From positions 37,386,001-37,450,000 of the forward strand of contig NC_043014.1 of the NCBI RefSeq assembly GCF_006345805.1: 64,000 nt of DNA, written 5' to 3'. Made by a program: the position numbers and the translations under genes. Below are positions 34,835-46,800 of this stretch, piece by piece. The stretch comes from Octopus sinensis (lineage: Eukaryota). Below the pieces are notes generated by a model. It was not told the origin of the DNA. It worked only from the letters and a program-made list of their open reading frames with translations, and ran no database searches. Position 1 is the first letter of the stretch, and each line of letters begins with the position of its first letter.

Positions 34835-36088
34835 GACTGACATGACAGAAGTAAATAGACACCCCATAAAACATTGCTTTATGTTTATTCTTGTTTATTC
34901 TAACTTGTAAAGGTTTATACTTTTTATTAATTGACATTCTTATGTTTCAGGTTCTATATGTGACTGTTTAATCATGCCACGTACAAAAGAATACTTGGAA
35001 CTGTCTGAATTTCAAAGAGGCCATATTGTGAGTCAATCTGAAGATGGACATACTGAGCATAAAATCACAGAAAACCTTGGGATCCCACTTTCTACAATTA
35101 ATAGAGTGATTGTGCAATTCACCAGAGAGGAGAATGAGTCTATATCACCTTACCCAGATCAACCAGGGCCCTCTGACAGGACCCTTCTCTTTGTTAAGAG
35201 AAGTGTGGAGGATAATCCTCACTGCAAGACCTCTGACATAGCAGAACAAGTTGATGTCAGTCCCAGAATAGCTGTCAGGTATCTCCACAAACTTGGTTAC
35301 TATGGCAGAGGAGCAAGAAGGAAGCTATTTCTTCAACCAGCCAACAACAAACTGGGAAAAGATTAGGCCAGTGAGATGGTGGAGATGCCACTGGCATTTG
35401 GAACACTATCATATTCTTTGATGAACCCAGATTTGCTGTATTCCTTGACAGTGGTCAAGTGTGAGTTTGGATACTGTGTGATCGAAAGTTTGATGTGAAA
35501 AGATTGCAGCCAACAATGAAACATGGCAGCTATTCTGTAATTGTCTGGGGAGCAATTTGGAGCAATGGTTGATCAGAGCAAGTGGAGTGAGAGTGAAACA
35601 TAAACTCAAATAAGTATCTGTCCATATTGCAGAAAGGACTCCTTCCAATCTTCTCCAGTGGTGAAATGATTAAAGAAGACTCTTTATTTATGGAAGATGG
35701 GGTTCCTAGTCACACGACTAAAATGAATCAAGATTTTTTGGATGAAAATGGCATTAAAAAACTTCTATGGCCAACCCAGTCTCCAGATATGAACCCTGTT
35801 GAACACCTCTGAGACATAATGGACAGGACACTTCATAAAAAGATCACAAAAACATCTTCAAATCCAGATCTTTTGAGATTACTGCATGAAACTTGGCAAG
35901 AAATTCCACAAGAGAATATTCATCTTCTGACCAGTAACATGCTTAATAGGATCCTTGCATTGAAAAATGCAATGTCTATGTCCACTAAAGGTTAAATATT
36001 CACATTATAACAATTAATAAATAATTTGAATGTATTTAAATAAATCTTAATTATTATAAGGTGTCTATTTACTTCTGTTATATGTGCA
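34835..36088 (+). mobile_element. Tc1-family DNA transposon with frameshifted transposase (about 34974-35990)
   Basis: HTH region MPRTKE.LSEFQRGHIV; IIFFDEPRF, FMEDGVPSHT, WPTQSPDMNPVEHL (DD34E-type); TIR core acagaagtaaatagacacc / ggtgtctatttacttctgt. Confidence 0.9.
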
Positions 36089-36302
36089 TGCATGTGTGTG
36101 TGTGTGTGTGTGTATGCACGTGTGGTTTATAGGGAGAGAGACAATGTATTATACATCCAAATGAGAAGTACATTCTAATGCATAGAGCATTAAAGCAATA
36201 AAGTTAAAATCTAGACATAGAGTGACCATTGGTTTTGCATCCATGAAAGCCACAGCTTTGTGGACAGTTCATTGGACCTAATACATATATTTTCTCTCTC
36301 TG

Positions 36303-36389
<87 letters not shown>

Positions 36390-36431
36390 GGGAGAGAGAG
36401 AGAGAGAGAGACATATATATATATATACACA

Positions 36432-36812
36432 CATATTCTTTTATTTGTTTCAGTCATTTGACAGCAGCCATGCTGGAGCACCGCCTTTAATCGAACAAAT
36501 CGATCCCAAAACTTATTCTTTGTAAGCCTAATACTTATTCTATCAGTATCTTTTGCTAAGTTATGGGGACGTAAACACACTAACATCGGTTGTCAAACGA
36601 TGGTGGGGGCACAAGCATATTACACACACACACACACACACTCACATATATATATGTGCAACAGGCTTCTTTCAGTTTCCATCTACCAAATCTACTCACA
36701 AGGCTTTGGTCAACCTGAGCCTATAGTAGAAGACACTTGCCCAAGGTGCCACACAGTGGAACTAAATACAGAACCATGTGGTTGGTAAGCAAGTTACTTA
36801 CCATGTGGCCAC
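36432..36812 (-). mobile_element. SINE family A
   Basis: Reverse complement of the family consensus. Confidence 0.85.
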
Positions 36813-37646
36813 TCCTGTGTAGCTGACTTACCTGGTAATTCCTGGGAAAGTGGGGCTTATCCTTGGTCTTACACAGGATCTTGTTTTTAGGAATTCCCAA
36901 TAAGTTATGAATACCCAAATTGCGAAGTCAGTTATTTAATAACATGAAATTAGTTACACGATAGTAAGAATTCAAATAAAGTAGCCCCAAAAAGGGCTTT
37001 AATGTGTTCCCAGAGTATATAGAACATAGGAGGAAATACTAATAAGGTATGTATACTAAAATTGTGAAGCATGTTTCGTAACAGGCTAATCAGCTATGAG
37101 ATAATAACAATCCAAAGTAAATAACTCTGAAAAGGTCTTTTGTGTGTTCCCAGAGAGTATTACCCTTAGGGGCGCTAGTGTTGGTATATACATGAATAGG
37201 TCACAAACCGGAATAAGTGGATCTATTGTTTAGGAAAATGCTATTTACTTGTTTATGGGTTGTACTGGATAAATTGCGAAAATAACTCCAACAGTTCAAA
37301 TACTACGAAAAAAGCATACTCAATTTGATTTATTCCAAATAATTTATGAAAATGAATGGGTTATTTCCTTTGGATATATAAGGATCCCTTCCAGGGGCCC
37401 TATAATTTTTTTCAACAATCTGAATATGCCATGAGGTTTCCAGACATGAGTTCTATTGACGTGTCAAGTTTCATGAAAATCTATAAAACAATGTAGGAGG
37501 AGTTAGCTAACAACTCCACATATATAGTAGATATAATCAGAAAATGAAGAGAACCTCAGATTAACAAACACATCGATTGGACCACATTTATAGTATATAC
37601 AGATATTTTATCCTTAGTCAGTTATTACAACCGCTAACTCTGTTTA

Positions 37647-37693
<47 letters not shown>

Positions 37694-37729
37694 ATATGCT
37701 TTGCTACTTTATCCTACATAGATATCCCC

Positions 37730-38784
37730 TTATCATTATCCATGCTGCCCTTCTCCGGGCACGATCTGTGGACTGCCTCTGCTCATTCTCCTCATACCTG
37801 CCCAACCCTTACCCATCTCCTGTTTCCCCTCACCTATCACCCCTCCAACACACCATTCTCTGAGCCTTCCAGCGACTCCTGTCTGACCCCTCCACTTTGC
37901 ACATCTTCCCTAACCTACCACTACCCTCCTTCAAATGCGCTCATAACTTGTGACCTCCTGGTTCACAATTTCTTTCTTAACCCGCCTCCCAGCCTGTTCC
38001 TTCCCTTGCTCCTGCCCATGCTACTACACCTGACCCTACCTCTCCAATACTACCATCCTCACAAGCACCCATCCTTATCTCTATCATGTCACCAACTCCT
38101 TTACCTACACCTCTAGTAATGTCATTTACTGCTTCTCCAGCTCTCTGTCCTTCCCTGTAAATTGGTCCAACGGGACGCCACTTAGCTGACCAGTTCGCAG
38201 AACAGCTCCAGGACATCAGACTTGGCAATGATACCCCTGTCTAACACCCTTTCTGCTTTACCTGTCATTTGCTACAACATCTGACTGTATTCAGACTGTC
38301 TCTGCACAGGAGCCATCCGGACTCTCACTTTCGCTATGTACAGGAATTAGTCTTCTCTCTTCGTTCCTTTGCACCACATGGGCTCAACTCATCTCCTCTC
38401 TTCCTCTGACACCAACCTCACCCCCTCTCTTCATTTGACACCAATCCCACACGGTCTCTCACTCACCTCCCAAACTCTTAACCCACACACCTGCATACCA
38501 CCCACTTCAGTAACTTCCCCCACATGTACCACTATACACACACCCATACAAACTGTTCAACTCATCACTCACTTCTCACACCAATATACACAGCCTCAAC
38601 ACCTTCCCACTCTGTGTACACTTCTCAGTACCCACACAACACACCGTTATCCACACGCACACACACACAATCTTCAACAGCATCACCACACATACCATTA
38701 TACAGCCACCCAGTTTAACTCAGTACACACACCATTATACACACTCCCACACCCACACAAGTACATAATACATGAACACAGACA

Positions 38785-38833
<49 letters not shown>

Positions 38834-39295
38834 TATACACGCATAAACACACAGACAAAAAAGCTTTTGTTTTTATACACATTATACACATGCACACTAT
38901 TTAGTCAGTAACATTGGCACACACATACACATTTACACACCACGCTTAAAAGCACACATCAACTGCTACACAACACACACAGACACATACACACGTTACA
39001 CACATGCCCCCATTCACACATACAGACACATACCATTCTCACATATACACGCTGGCGCACCTCCTCTTGTTGGGATCACCATAAATTATCTCCCCTTCAT
39101 TCTACTTCTCTGTATTATTATCTCCCTTCCATTCAACCTCTTTTTTTCCAATCATTTGCCATGTTGAACACCTGAACTCAACACGTTTTTTTATTCTCTA
39201 TTTATGTCCTCTTATTCCTTGTCAAAGAGCATCAAACTAGTACTCTTGCTTGTTGTTCCTACACCTGCCTTCTTTGTTTTTCTATAAATTTGAAC
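37730..39295 (+). mobile_element. Decayed PLE 3' part (GIY-YIG relic about 38100-38390, CA-rich region, terminal segment)
   Basis: Frameshifted translation FTYTSSNVIYC / IGPTGRHLADQFAEQLQDIR ... ELVFSLRSFAPHGLN, a typical PLE GIY-YIG C-terminus. Confidence 0.75.
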
Positions 39296-39320
39296 TATAT
39301 ATATATATATATATATATAT

Positions 39321-39620
39321 CACCGTGACCGACCAGGCTATCAGATGTTGCTACACATCGCTGGTCACAATGCACTTCGCATTGTTTTAGCCTTCAAATG
39401 ACACCACGCCGCTGGCTAAGCGAGCAGGGCAACAGAAGAAAGAGTGAGAAAAAAGTTGTGGCGAAAGAGTACAGCAGGGGTTGTCACCATCCGCTGCCGG
39501 AGCACCGTGGAGCTTTAGGTCGTTTTTGCTCAATAAACTCTCACAACGCCCAGTCTGGGAATTGAAACCATGATCTTATGACCGCGAGTCCGCTGCCCTA
39601 ACCACTGGGTCATTGCGCCT

Positions 39621-39624
<4 letters not shown>
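39321..39624 (-). mobile_element. tRNA-derived SINE family B
   Basis: Minus head ggcgcaatgacccagtggttagggcagcggactcgcggtc...ggtttcaattccc with A/B boxes, then about 230 nt of non-tRNA body. Confidence 0.8.
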
Positions 39625-39664
<40 letters not shown>

Positions 39665-39671
39665 GTATATA

Positions 39672-40493
39672 TAAAACATTATTGGTGAATTGAAGAAATG
39701 GAGCTGAACGCAGATTGAACAGAAATCGTTTTATTTCATTCTACACGGTTTCGAAAGGCACAAATTACCAAAATCCGATTGAATAATGGGACCATATTGT
39801 GTCTTTCTCTTCAGGAAGAAAAAAGGAAATCCGTTGGAAAACAAAAACAGAACAGAGGCGGAGCAAAAAAACAAATCGAACTGTGCTCCGAAGAGCCCAT
39901 GGCGAAACTGTTTATCAGTGTATGTTGAGAACCGGTGGCTGAAGAATTCAACGGGTCAGGCATCGGTCAATCATGTGGGTGAGGGTGTAAGATGTTCTTT
40001 GTGACCGAGAATAAAGTTCCTGATTTAATGAATATTGGATGTTTTATAAGGGGCGAGAAAAAATCTACTTAGAGACGTGTGTGTGTGTATACTGTTCTAT
40101 ATATGTGTGTGTTGGCGTAGGGGTAGAAAACATTTTTTGTGTACGTGTGTGCGTTTGATCGTTCGGCTGTCAGTGGCTACTGCCGTGATAACCGTTGGGT
40201 GGCAGAAAGAAAAAAATAAAAAAATTATTATATATATTAATGTTTTATGTGTGGTGTGTGTTCATCTAAGCCTGCCTTGTCAAGGAAACCCCCCGCTGTG
40301 AAAAAACAAGCCCCGTTTGTCTTACAGGAGTAATTCCCCTGCAGTGGTTAATCGTAGATATCTTAAAGGCTATTTCAGAATTTGTTACCAAGGGCTATGG
40401 GTGCCGGTATATTTTATAAACGCTATTTAAAGGCCAGATAAGTGTAACGCCGCCAATGGGGGCATCGAAAAGCCGACTGTAAGAGCCCGTTTA
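39672..40493. repeat. Left arm of the inverted repeat (about 820 bp)
   Basis: Reverse complement of 41726-42540; mirrored ORFs 39786+/42234- and 40077+/41883-. Confidence 0.95.
39729..39824 (-). ncRNA. Type I hammerhead ribozyme, left-arm copy
   Basis: Minus: ttttttcttc CTGAAGA gaaagacacaa...ttgtgcctttc GAAA ccgtg TA gaatgaaa; helix III is one A shorter than in the right-arm copy. Confidence 0.6.
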
Positions 40494-41687
40494 CCATCCG
40501 GCCTCTGGTAAACAAAATATGGAAGAGTTCGGAGACACAAAGGTTGCACTGTCTTCTGCCCCTATCAAATGGGAGGGCCACCGACAAAATTGACCATTCC
40601 AGCCTATAGCTTAAGTTCGCATCCTTCAGTCGCCATATTAGCTTACTGAGTCCCGTGGTCTGGCGCTTGTTCACGTCCCGAAAAGTTGCGTAATGGTTGG
40701 AGACACGCAAAGACAATCTTGAGGATGATGCCCCTACATAAGTGAAGGCATCTGAGTCCGTGTAAACCTTGCATTGGTAGACGGCGTTTTTGATCTTGGA
40801 GTTCGCCGACGTGAATCTTAATCTGCTAGGATTGGTTTCTGAAATTAGAACTGCGTTCCTGTCACTATATTCGTTCCGAGACCTGCAGCCGCTTACTACT
40901 CTATTTTCCACTACGTCACTATTAACTATAGGAATAACCCCTGATTCTCCACTATCTATCAGAGTGCTGTCATTGCTACTGCCCGTGGTACTGCTATTGC
41001 GGGAAATGATGCTGGGGATGCTAATGGGGCTCTCTACCCTACTCCCATTGTTACCGTTAACCACAACACCCCTATTTATAACTATACCCCTAGTGGGTAC
41101 TCCCTGGCTGGAGCTGAGATTATGTGTCACTGTACTGGCTCTCATATCATTATTACTACTATAATTATTCCTACTGAGCATTAAACCGGGAGCGGAAGAG
41201 GCTGTGCCTCCGGAAAAAGTGATAGGGTCTTAGTAAGTAGCCTATTATTATGGGAGGCGATTATCTGGGCGAGGTTTTTAGTGTTGGAGAAAGCTATCCT
41301 AACTTTATGTGAGTTAACCGTGGAGTAATATTTGGATTTCTGGGGAAGTTATTGGCGATGGCATGTCTAAACATGAGGGGGAGGTTAGTTCTAATCTGCT
41401 TACCAAAGGGGATTACAAACCATATATGCTTATTCCTATCAGTGTGATGGGTCGGGACGCCAGCTCTCGCATTCGGGTGGGTGATTCTCGGATGAATAAC
41501 GGGTCTTGGGGTAGTGTAAGACCCTCCCGGACCGATAATTATCCTTGTTCGCTAAATTAAATGCGGGAGCGACTACCCCGGCATCCGCCGCGCTCCCGTC
41601 CTTACTTAAAATGTTAATGTTATTATATACGGCCCTATCCTGATGACCGAATGATGGCATCGGAAGGGCCGGATCAATATAAATTAC
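40423..41687 (-). pseudogene. PLE ORF remnant: RT-thumb/linker + Ser/Asn-rich insert + GIY-YIG endonuclease (3 apparent frameshifts; about 421 aa if repaired)
   Basis: NAVYQCKV...TYVGASS...RVSNHYATF...LSKLIWRLK...EWSIL...CNLCVSE...CPH (40423-41181); upstream frames give RNKHIWFVIPF...NNFP and KVRIAFSNTKNLAQIIASHNNRLL, resembling the PLE linker; no YxDD RT core. Confidence 0.85.
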
Positions 41688-41725
41688 CTTAAAATAAATA
41701 AATTATATAATATACAAAATATATA

Positions 41726-42540
41726 TAAACGGGCTCTTACAGTCGGCTTTTCGATGCCCCCATTGGCGGCGTTACACTTATCTGGCCTTTAATAGCGTTT
41801 TAAATAATACCGGCACCCATAGCCCTTGGTACAAATTCTGAAATAGCCTTTAAGATATCTACGATTAACCACTGCAGGGGAATTACTCCTGTAAGACAAC
41901 GGGGCTTGGTTTTTTCACAGCGGGGGGTTTCCTTGACAAGGCAGGCTTAGATGAACACACACACACATAAAACATAATATATATATATAATTTTTTTATT
42001 TTTTTCTTTCTGCCACCAACGGTTATCACGGCAGTAGCCACTGACAGCCGAACGATCAAACGCACACACGTACACAAAAAATGTTTTCTACCCCTACGCC
42101 AACACACACATATATAGAACAGTATACACACACACACGTCTCTAAGTAGATTTTTTCTCGCCCCTTATAAAACATCCAATATTCATTAAATAGTCAGAAC
42201 TTTATTCTCGGTCACAAAGAACATCTATACACCTCACCCACATGATTGACGATGCCTGACCCGTTGAATTTTCAGCCACCGGTTCTCAACATACACTGAT
42301 AAAACAGTTTCGCCATGGGCTCTTCGGAGCACAGTTCGATTGGTTTTTTGCTCCGCCTCTGTTCTGTTTTTGTTTTCCAACGGATTTCCTTTTTTCTTCC
42401 TGAAGAGAAAGACACAATATGGTCCCATTATTCAATCGGATTTTGGTAATTTGTGCCTTTCGAAACACGTGTAGAATGAAAAAACGATTTCTGTTCAATC
42501 TGCGTTCAGCTCATTTCTTCAATTCACCAATAATGTTTTA
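41726..42540. repeat. Right arm of the inverted repeat
   Basis: taaacgggctcttac ... caccaataatgtttta. Confidence 0.95.
42390..42484 (+). ncRNA. Type I hammerhead ribozyme, right-arm copy, intact core
   Basis: ttttttcttc CTGAAGA(42400-42406) gaaagacacaa [33-nt loop] ttgtgcctttc GAAA(42462-42465) cacgtg TA gaa-t-gaaaaaa; helix I 10 bp with one bulge, helix II 10 of 11; predicted cut after 42473. Confidence 0.75.
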
Positions 42541-42711
42541 ATTTCAATTATCCGCACCAACGCACGGTTGCAACGCCAGATGGTTGTACCTCCAACCGTG
42601 CTGTTTACTGCTGTGATTTTTGCTAATAAGGTATCGGTTAAACTTTTGATTAATCTACTACAAGATTATTCATCTTTCTATTTCACATAATATATGTATA
42701 TATATATATAT

Positions 42712-43808
42712 AAATTAAATTAGAGATAAAACCACTATTATGCAAATCAAACAGTGATAGACATAAACCAAAACATAAAAAAACAAAATAAATATAATTA
42801 TATAATATACAAAATATATATAAAATATAAAATTTTAAATTTAAATTATTTAAATTTGAAATTTTTAAATTTATATTTATAAATTTTTATATTTTTAAAT
42901 TTTAAATTTTAAATTTTAAATTTATAAATCTTTAAAACTTTTAATTTTTTAATTTAATTTATTAAATTGAATTATTTAATTTATTAAATTACTTATTACT
43001 TTTTATTAAACTTTTTAATACTTTTTGATAGTTTAAAATAAAAAAAATTTAAAAATTAATAAATTAAAAAATTAAAAGTTTTAAAAATTTATAAATTTGA
43101 AATTTAGAATATCTATATATATAAAACTGTAGTTGTGTGAGTGTCTGTCCCCTTCGATTTAGATTCCTAACTACTCCCACATTTTGCGGTGCAGTTTAGC
43201 CAAATTCGGGTATCTTATAGTCGTGATTCATATCGAGCCCGTCTGAGTATTAGCGCGCGTCTACGATGAGTCTACGATTTTAAAAATAATTTAACATCAT
43301 TTTTTATTCCATTTTAATGCATAATTTTTCGTATGTCGATGGCGGCGGAGTTGGCGTCTATGGTCACACCTGCACCGTTTGCTTCTCCCCCTTCTTTCTC
43401 CCTCGTGATGCTGTGGGGAAGGGAGTGTAAGGAAATCAACGTCGTAAAGCGTTGTCAAGGAGACCAGCGTTCTTTTAGAACGACTTCATGGCTTGAAGAC
43501 ACCAAAACAGAAATGGCTAAGAAAGCCCGAATTGGCATCTATAAGGGAAGTAACTCTCTAAAAATGCTTATATAGTTATTTCCCTTACAAACCTGAGCAA
43601 CGCTGGGCGATACTGCTAGTAAAAATATAAAAATTTATAAATATAAATTTAAAAATTTCAAATTTTAATAATTTGAATTTAAAATTTTATATTTTATATA
43701 TATTTTGTATATCATATTAATTATATTTATTTTGTTTTTTATGTTTTGGTTTATATCTATCACTGTTTGATTTGCATAATAATGGATTTATCTCTAATTT
43801 AATTTATA
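42712..43808. repeat. Extremely AT-rich foldback, split by a Helitron
   Basis: 42712-42897 inverted to 43620-43808; 42920-42965 inverted to 43055-43096. Confidence 0.75.
43112..43619 (+). mobile_element. Non-autonomous Helitron (508 bp)
   Basis: A|TCTATATATATAAAA 5' end; subterminal hairpin-like cctgagcaacgctggg; CTAG|T 3' end; no TSD. Confidence 0.85.
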
Positions 43809-43879
43809 TTTATACTGTGAAATTTGATTTAATCCTAAATCTGATTTTTCCCTGTAAGTTTGGATATACTCCCTAATAT

Positions 43880-46800
43880 TATTATTATTATTATATATAT
43901 ATATATAAACTCTCCCATCGGTTTTGACATATGAGGATCCGACAACCTACACTTTCTTTGTCAGTCATAATGCTTATGTCAAATGTGACACTTAAGTCCT
44001 GCCAATGATTTGCAAAGAAGACTACAGATGCTGCAAGTATGAGGATTACAGGTCAATGCAGGTAGTATACTTGCAGCTGCTTTACTCCTTGGCCTTGCAC
44101 CCTGAAACCTGTTAATGCTGGTTGCAACAAAATTTCTAATACCATTTTGACACAACAATATCCATTTTATTCGCTTCAAGGCTGTTCGCTCAAAGATGTT
44201 GTTAGTTATTTTCACTACTTAGAGGTTACTTTTCAGATTGCCCTTCTATCTGAGCCATGGTCGACCAAGAGTCCTGTGCCCACTATCAAGTTGGCTGTCC
44301 ACGAAGACTTTGGGTATTCTTTCATCACTCAGTCTGATGACAAGGCCAGTCCAGTGTAATTGTGACTGCATAAGGAAGCTTTCGATTCCACTTGCACTTG
44401 CTAAACAAGTCAGCATTAGAAACTCTATCTTCTTGTTAGAGATTGCCCGATTCTATAATTCTACGCCATACAAGAGAGTAATAAGAATAACAACTTTATA
44501 GACCTGGGTGATGACGGAGTTTGTCAAATGTGTTGGTTGCTTTTGCAAGATGGTTGACGATTTCACCATCAAGGGAAGCGCTTGAATTCACTTTACTACC
44601 AAGATATGTAAATGCCTTCACATAATTTAGGTTTTTCCCATCAACCTGTATAGGAGTGTCAGGAAAATTGTGAACCAGTGGCCTCTACTCGACATTTTGA
44701 ATTTGTTTAGGAGTAGGGCAAGATTGGTGGATTACTTCTGTCTTCTGATGGTCAAACCAAAGGCTTACATGCAGCAGAAAACTGGTCTAGAAGTACCTAA
44801 GCTTCCTCTAAGGAGGTCGCTACTAATGCAGCAGCATCTGAAAAAAGTAGATTGCGAATGATACTGGTGCGTAGCAATGTTCTGGCTTTGAAATGCTGAT
44901 GGCTGAGTAGTCCTCCACTTATTTGAAACTGGAATTTAACACCACTTTATATGTTACCAAAAGCACACTTCAGCATCACTGAAAAGAAGAGTGCAAACAA
45001 AACAGGGGTCATAACACAACCTTGCTTTGTGCCACTTGTAATGTCGAGGGAAACCAAAGATTCCCCACCGGACACGACAGCATCTTTCAATTCCACATGA
45101 AAGGAGATGATAACATTCAACATTTTGTCAGGTATACCAAGCTTTTTCAGAACTTTCCATAGTGCTTGTTGGTTAATAGTATTGAAGGCCTGAGTAAGGT
45201 CAACGAATACCATGAACAATTCTTGATTTTTCTCATGTGCCTTCTCTATGACCTAATGAAGGGAAAAGATCATGTGGATAGTGCTACAACCAGAACAAAA
45301 TCCGCACTGTGATTCTGGATAGATATCACTTACAATGTATTTGGCGATCCTGTCAAGAATGAGTCGAGCAAGAATCTTACCAGCAATAGACAGAAAGGAT
45401 ATCCTACGATAATTATCACAGATACTTCTGTTTCCTTTGTTTTTATAAAGATGTTGAATTGAGGTATCCTTGAAGTCATGTAGAACACGGCCTACCATCC
45501 AGATATTTATGAAGAGGTTATGCAGTTTCTTAAAAAGCTTTAGTCCACCATGCTTGTAGATTTCAAGAGAGACAGCATCCATGTCAAGTGCTTTACCAGA
45601 AGAGATCTATTTAACAGAGTTTGCTACTTCCAGGAAGCTTGGCTTCAGAGACGATTCTGGTATTTCAGCATGCTGTGAAATAGATATTATGACGTCACCA
45701 TTAGTGACTGAGGTGGAGTTCAACCCAGCTTCAAAGTAATCCTTCCATCATTTCAGGATGTCAGATTTGTCAGTTAACAGTATCTCTCTATTGGATGAAA
45801 AACAGGGGTAACACCGTGCACTTGAAGACCATATACATTCTTGTGGCCATCATAAAAGGCTTTAGAATCCTTTCTGTCTGCAGCATCTTGGTGTTCAGTA
45901 GCCTTGAAAGACCACCAAGCCTCCTTCATCCATCTCAGAGCACATTTGACTTGGCCTCTGCATTTCTTATAAGCATTCTCTATTCTGGATGAGCTCTTAT
46001 CATTTATCCATGTTTTATGAGAGCTGTGCTTTTTATCTATAAACTGTTGGACATCTGTATTGTTATCATTGAACCAATCTTGATGTTTATGCACAGGCAG
46101 TGTATTGCATCACGCAGAGCCTTCCAAGATGACTCTATATCATCACTGATATCAACAGTGTTGAGTGCAGTGTCCAACTTAATAGAGAATTCTGCTTGCT
46201 TTTCAGCAGTTTTCAAAGGTAGAACATTAATGTGCTTAGGCACTGATGACTTTTGTAGTCTTGTGTGTTTCAGATGGAATGTAGCCTTACTACGGAGAAG
46301 AGAATGGTCAGAGAGATAGCAAGTGTTATGAAAGGAACGTGTAATGTTAACGTCCCTAATATCTTGCTTCTTAGTGATAACATAGCCTATGAGATGCCAA
46401 TCCTTAGATCTAGGGTGCATCCAGATCATCTTGCAACAATTTCGCTGTTGAAAAAAAGGTATTTGTGATGCTTAGACTGAATTCCTTGCAGATGGAGAGC
46501 ACACACAGAACGCTGGATTTCATTCAACCTACACCATGGCGACCAAGCACCCCCCCCCCCCAGGCCTGATAATCAGTACCAACACGAGTGTTAAAGTTGC
46601 CTATAAGGATAAGGTTTATACCTATGGTGACAACTGGCGATGACATCGCAGAGTCGTGGACATAGTTGGAACATAACAACTGACAAATGTACCACGAGTG
46701 TTGTGACCAATTCGCAACGTTAGTGTCTTGATGCGATCAGAAATACCTTTGGGTAGAGAAAGAAGGGACCTAGCTATTTCTATCTGGATGGCAAAACCAA

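Larger units (their letters stand above)
39672..42687 (-). mobile_element. Penelope-like element, 5'-truncated, with an inverted terminal-repeat copy
   Basis: GIY-YIG frame running into arm 40493-39672; inverted copy 41726-42540 extending to about 42687; hammerhead in each arm; both outer ends abut (TA)n. Confidence 0.85.

Noticed and set aside
41630-41661. CTGATGA with two flanking hairpin stems on + (cggccct...agggccg, ccga...tcgg)
   Set aside because: Only 2 nt between the UH and CUGAUGA (no helix I) and no complete GAAA box; it lies antisense within the PLE coding frame.
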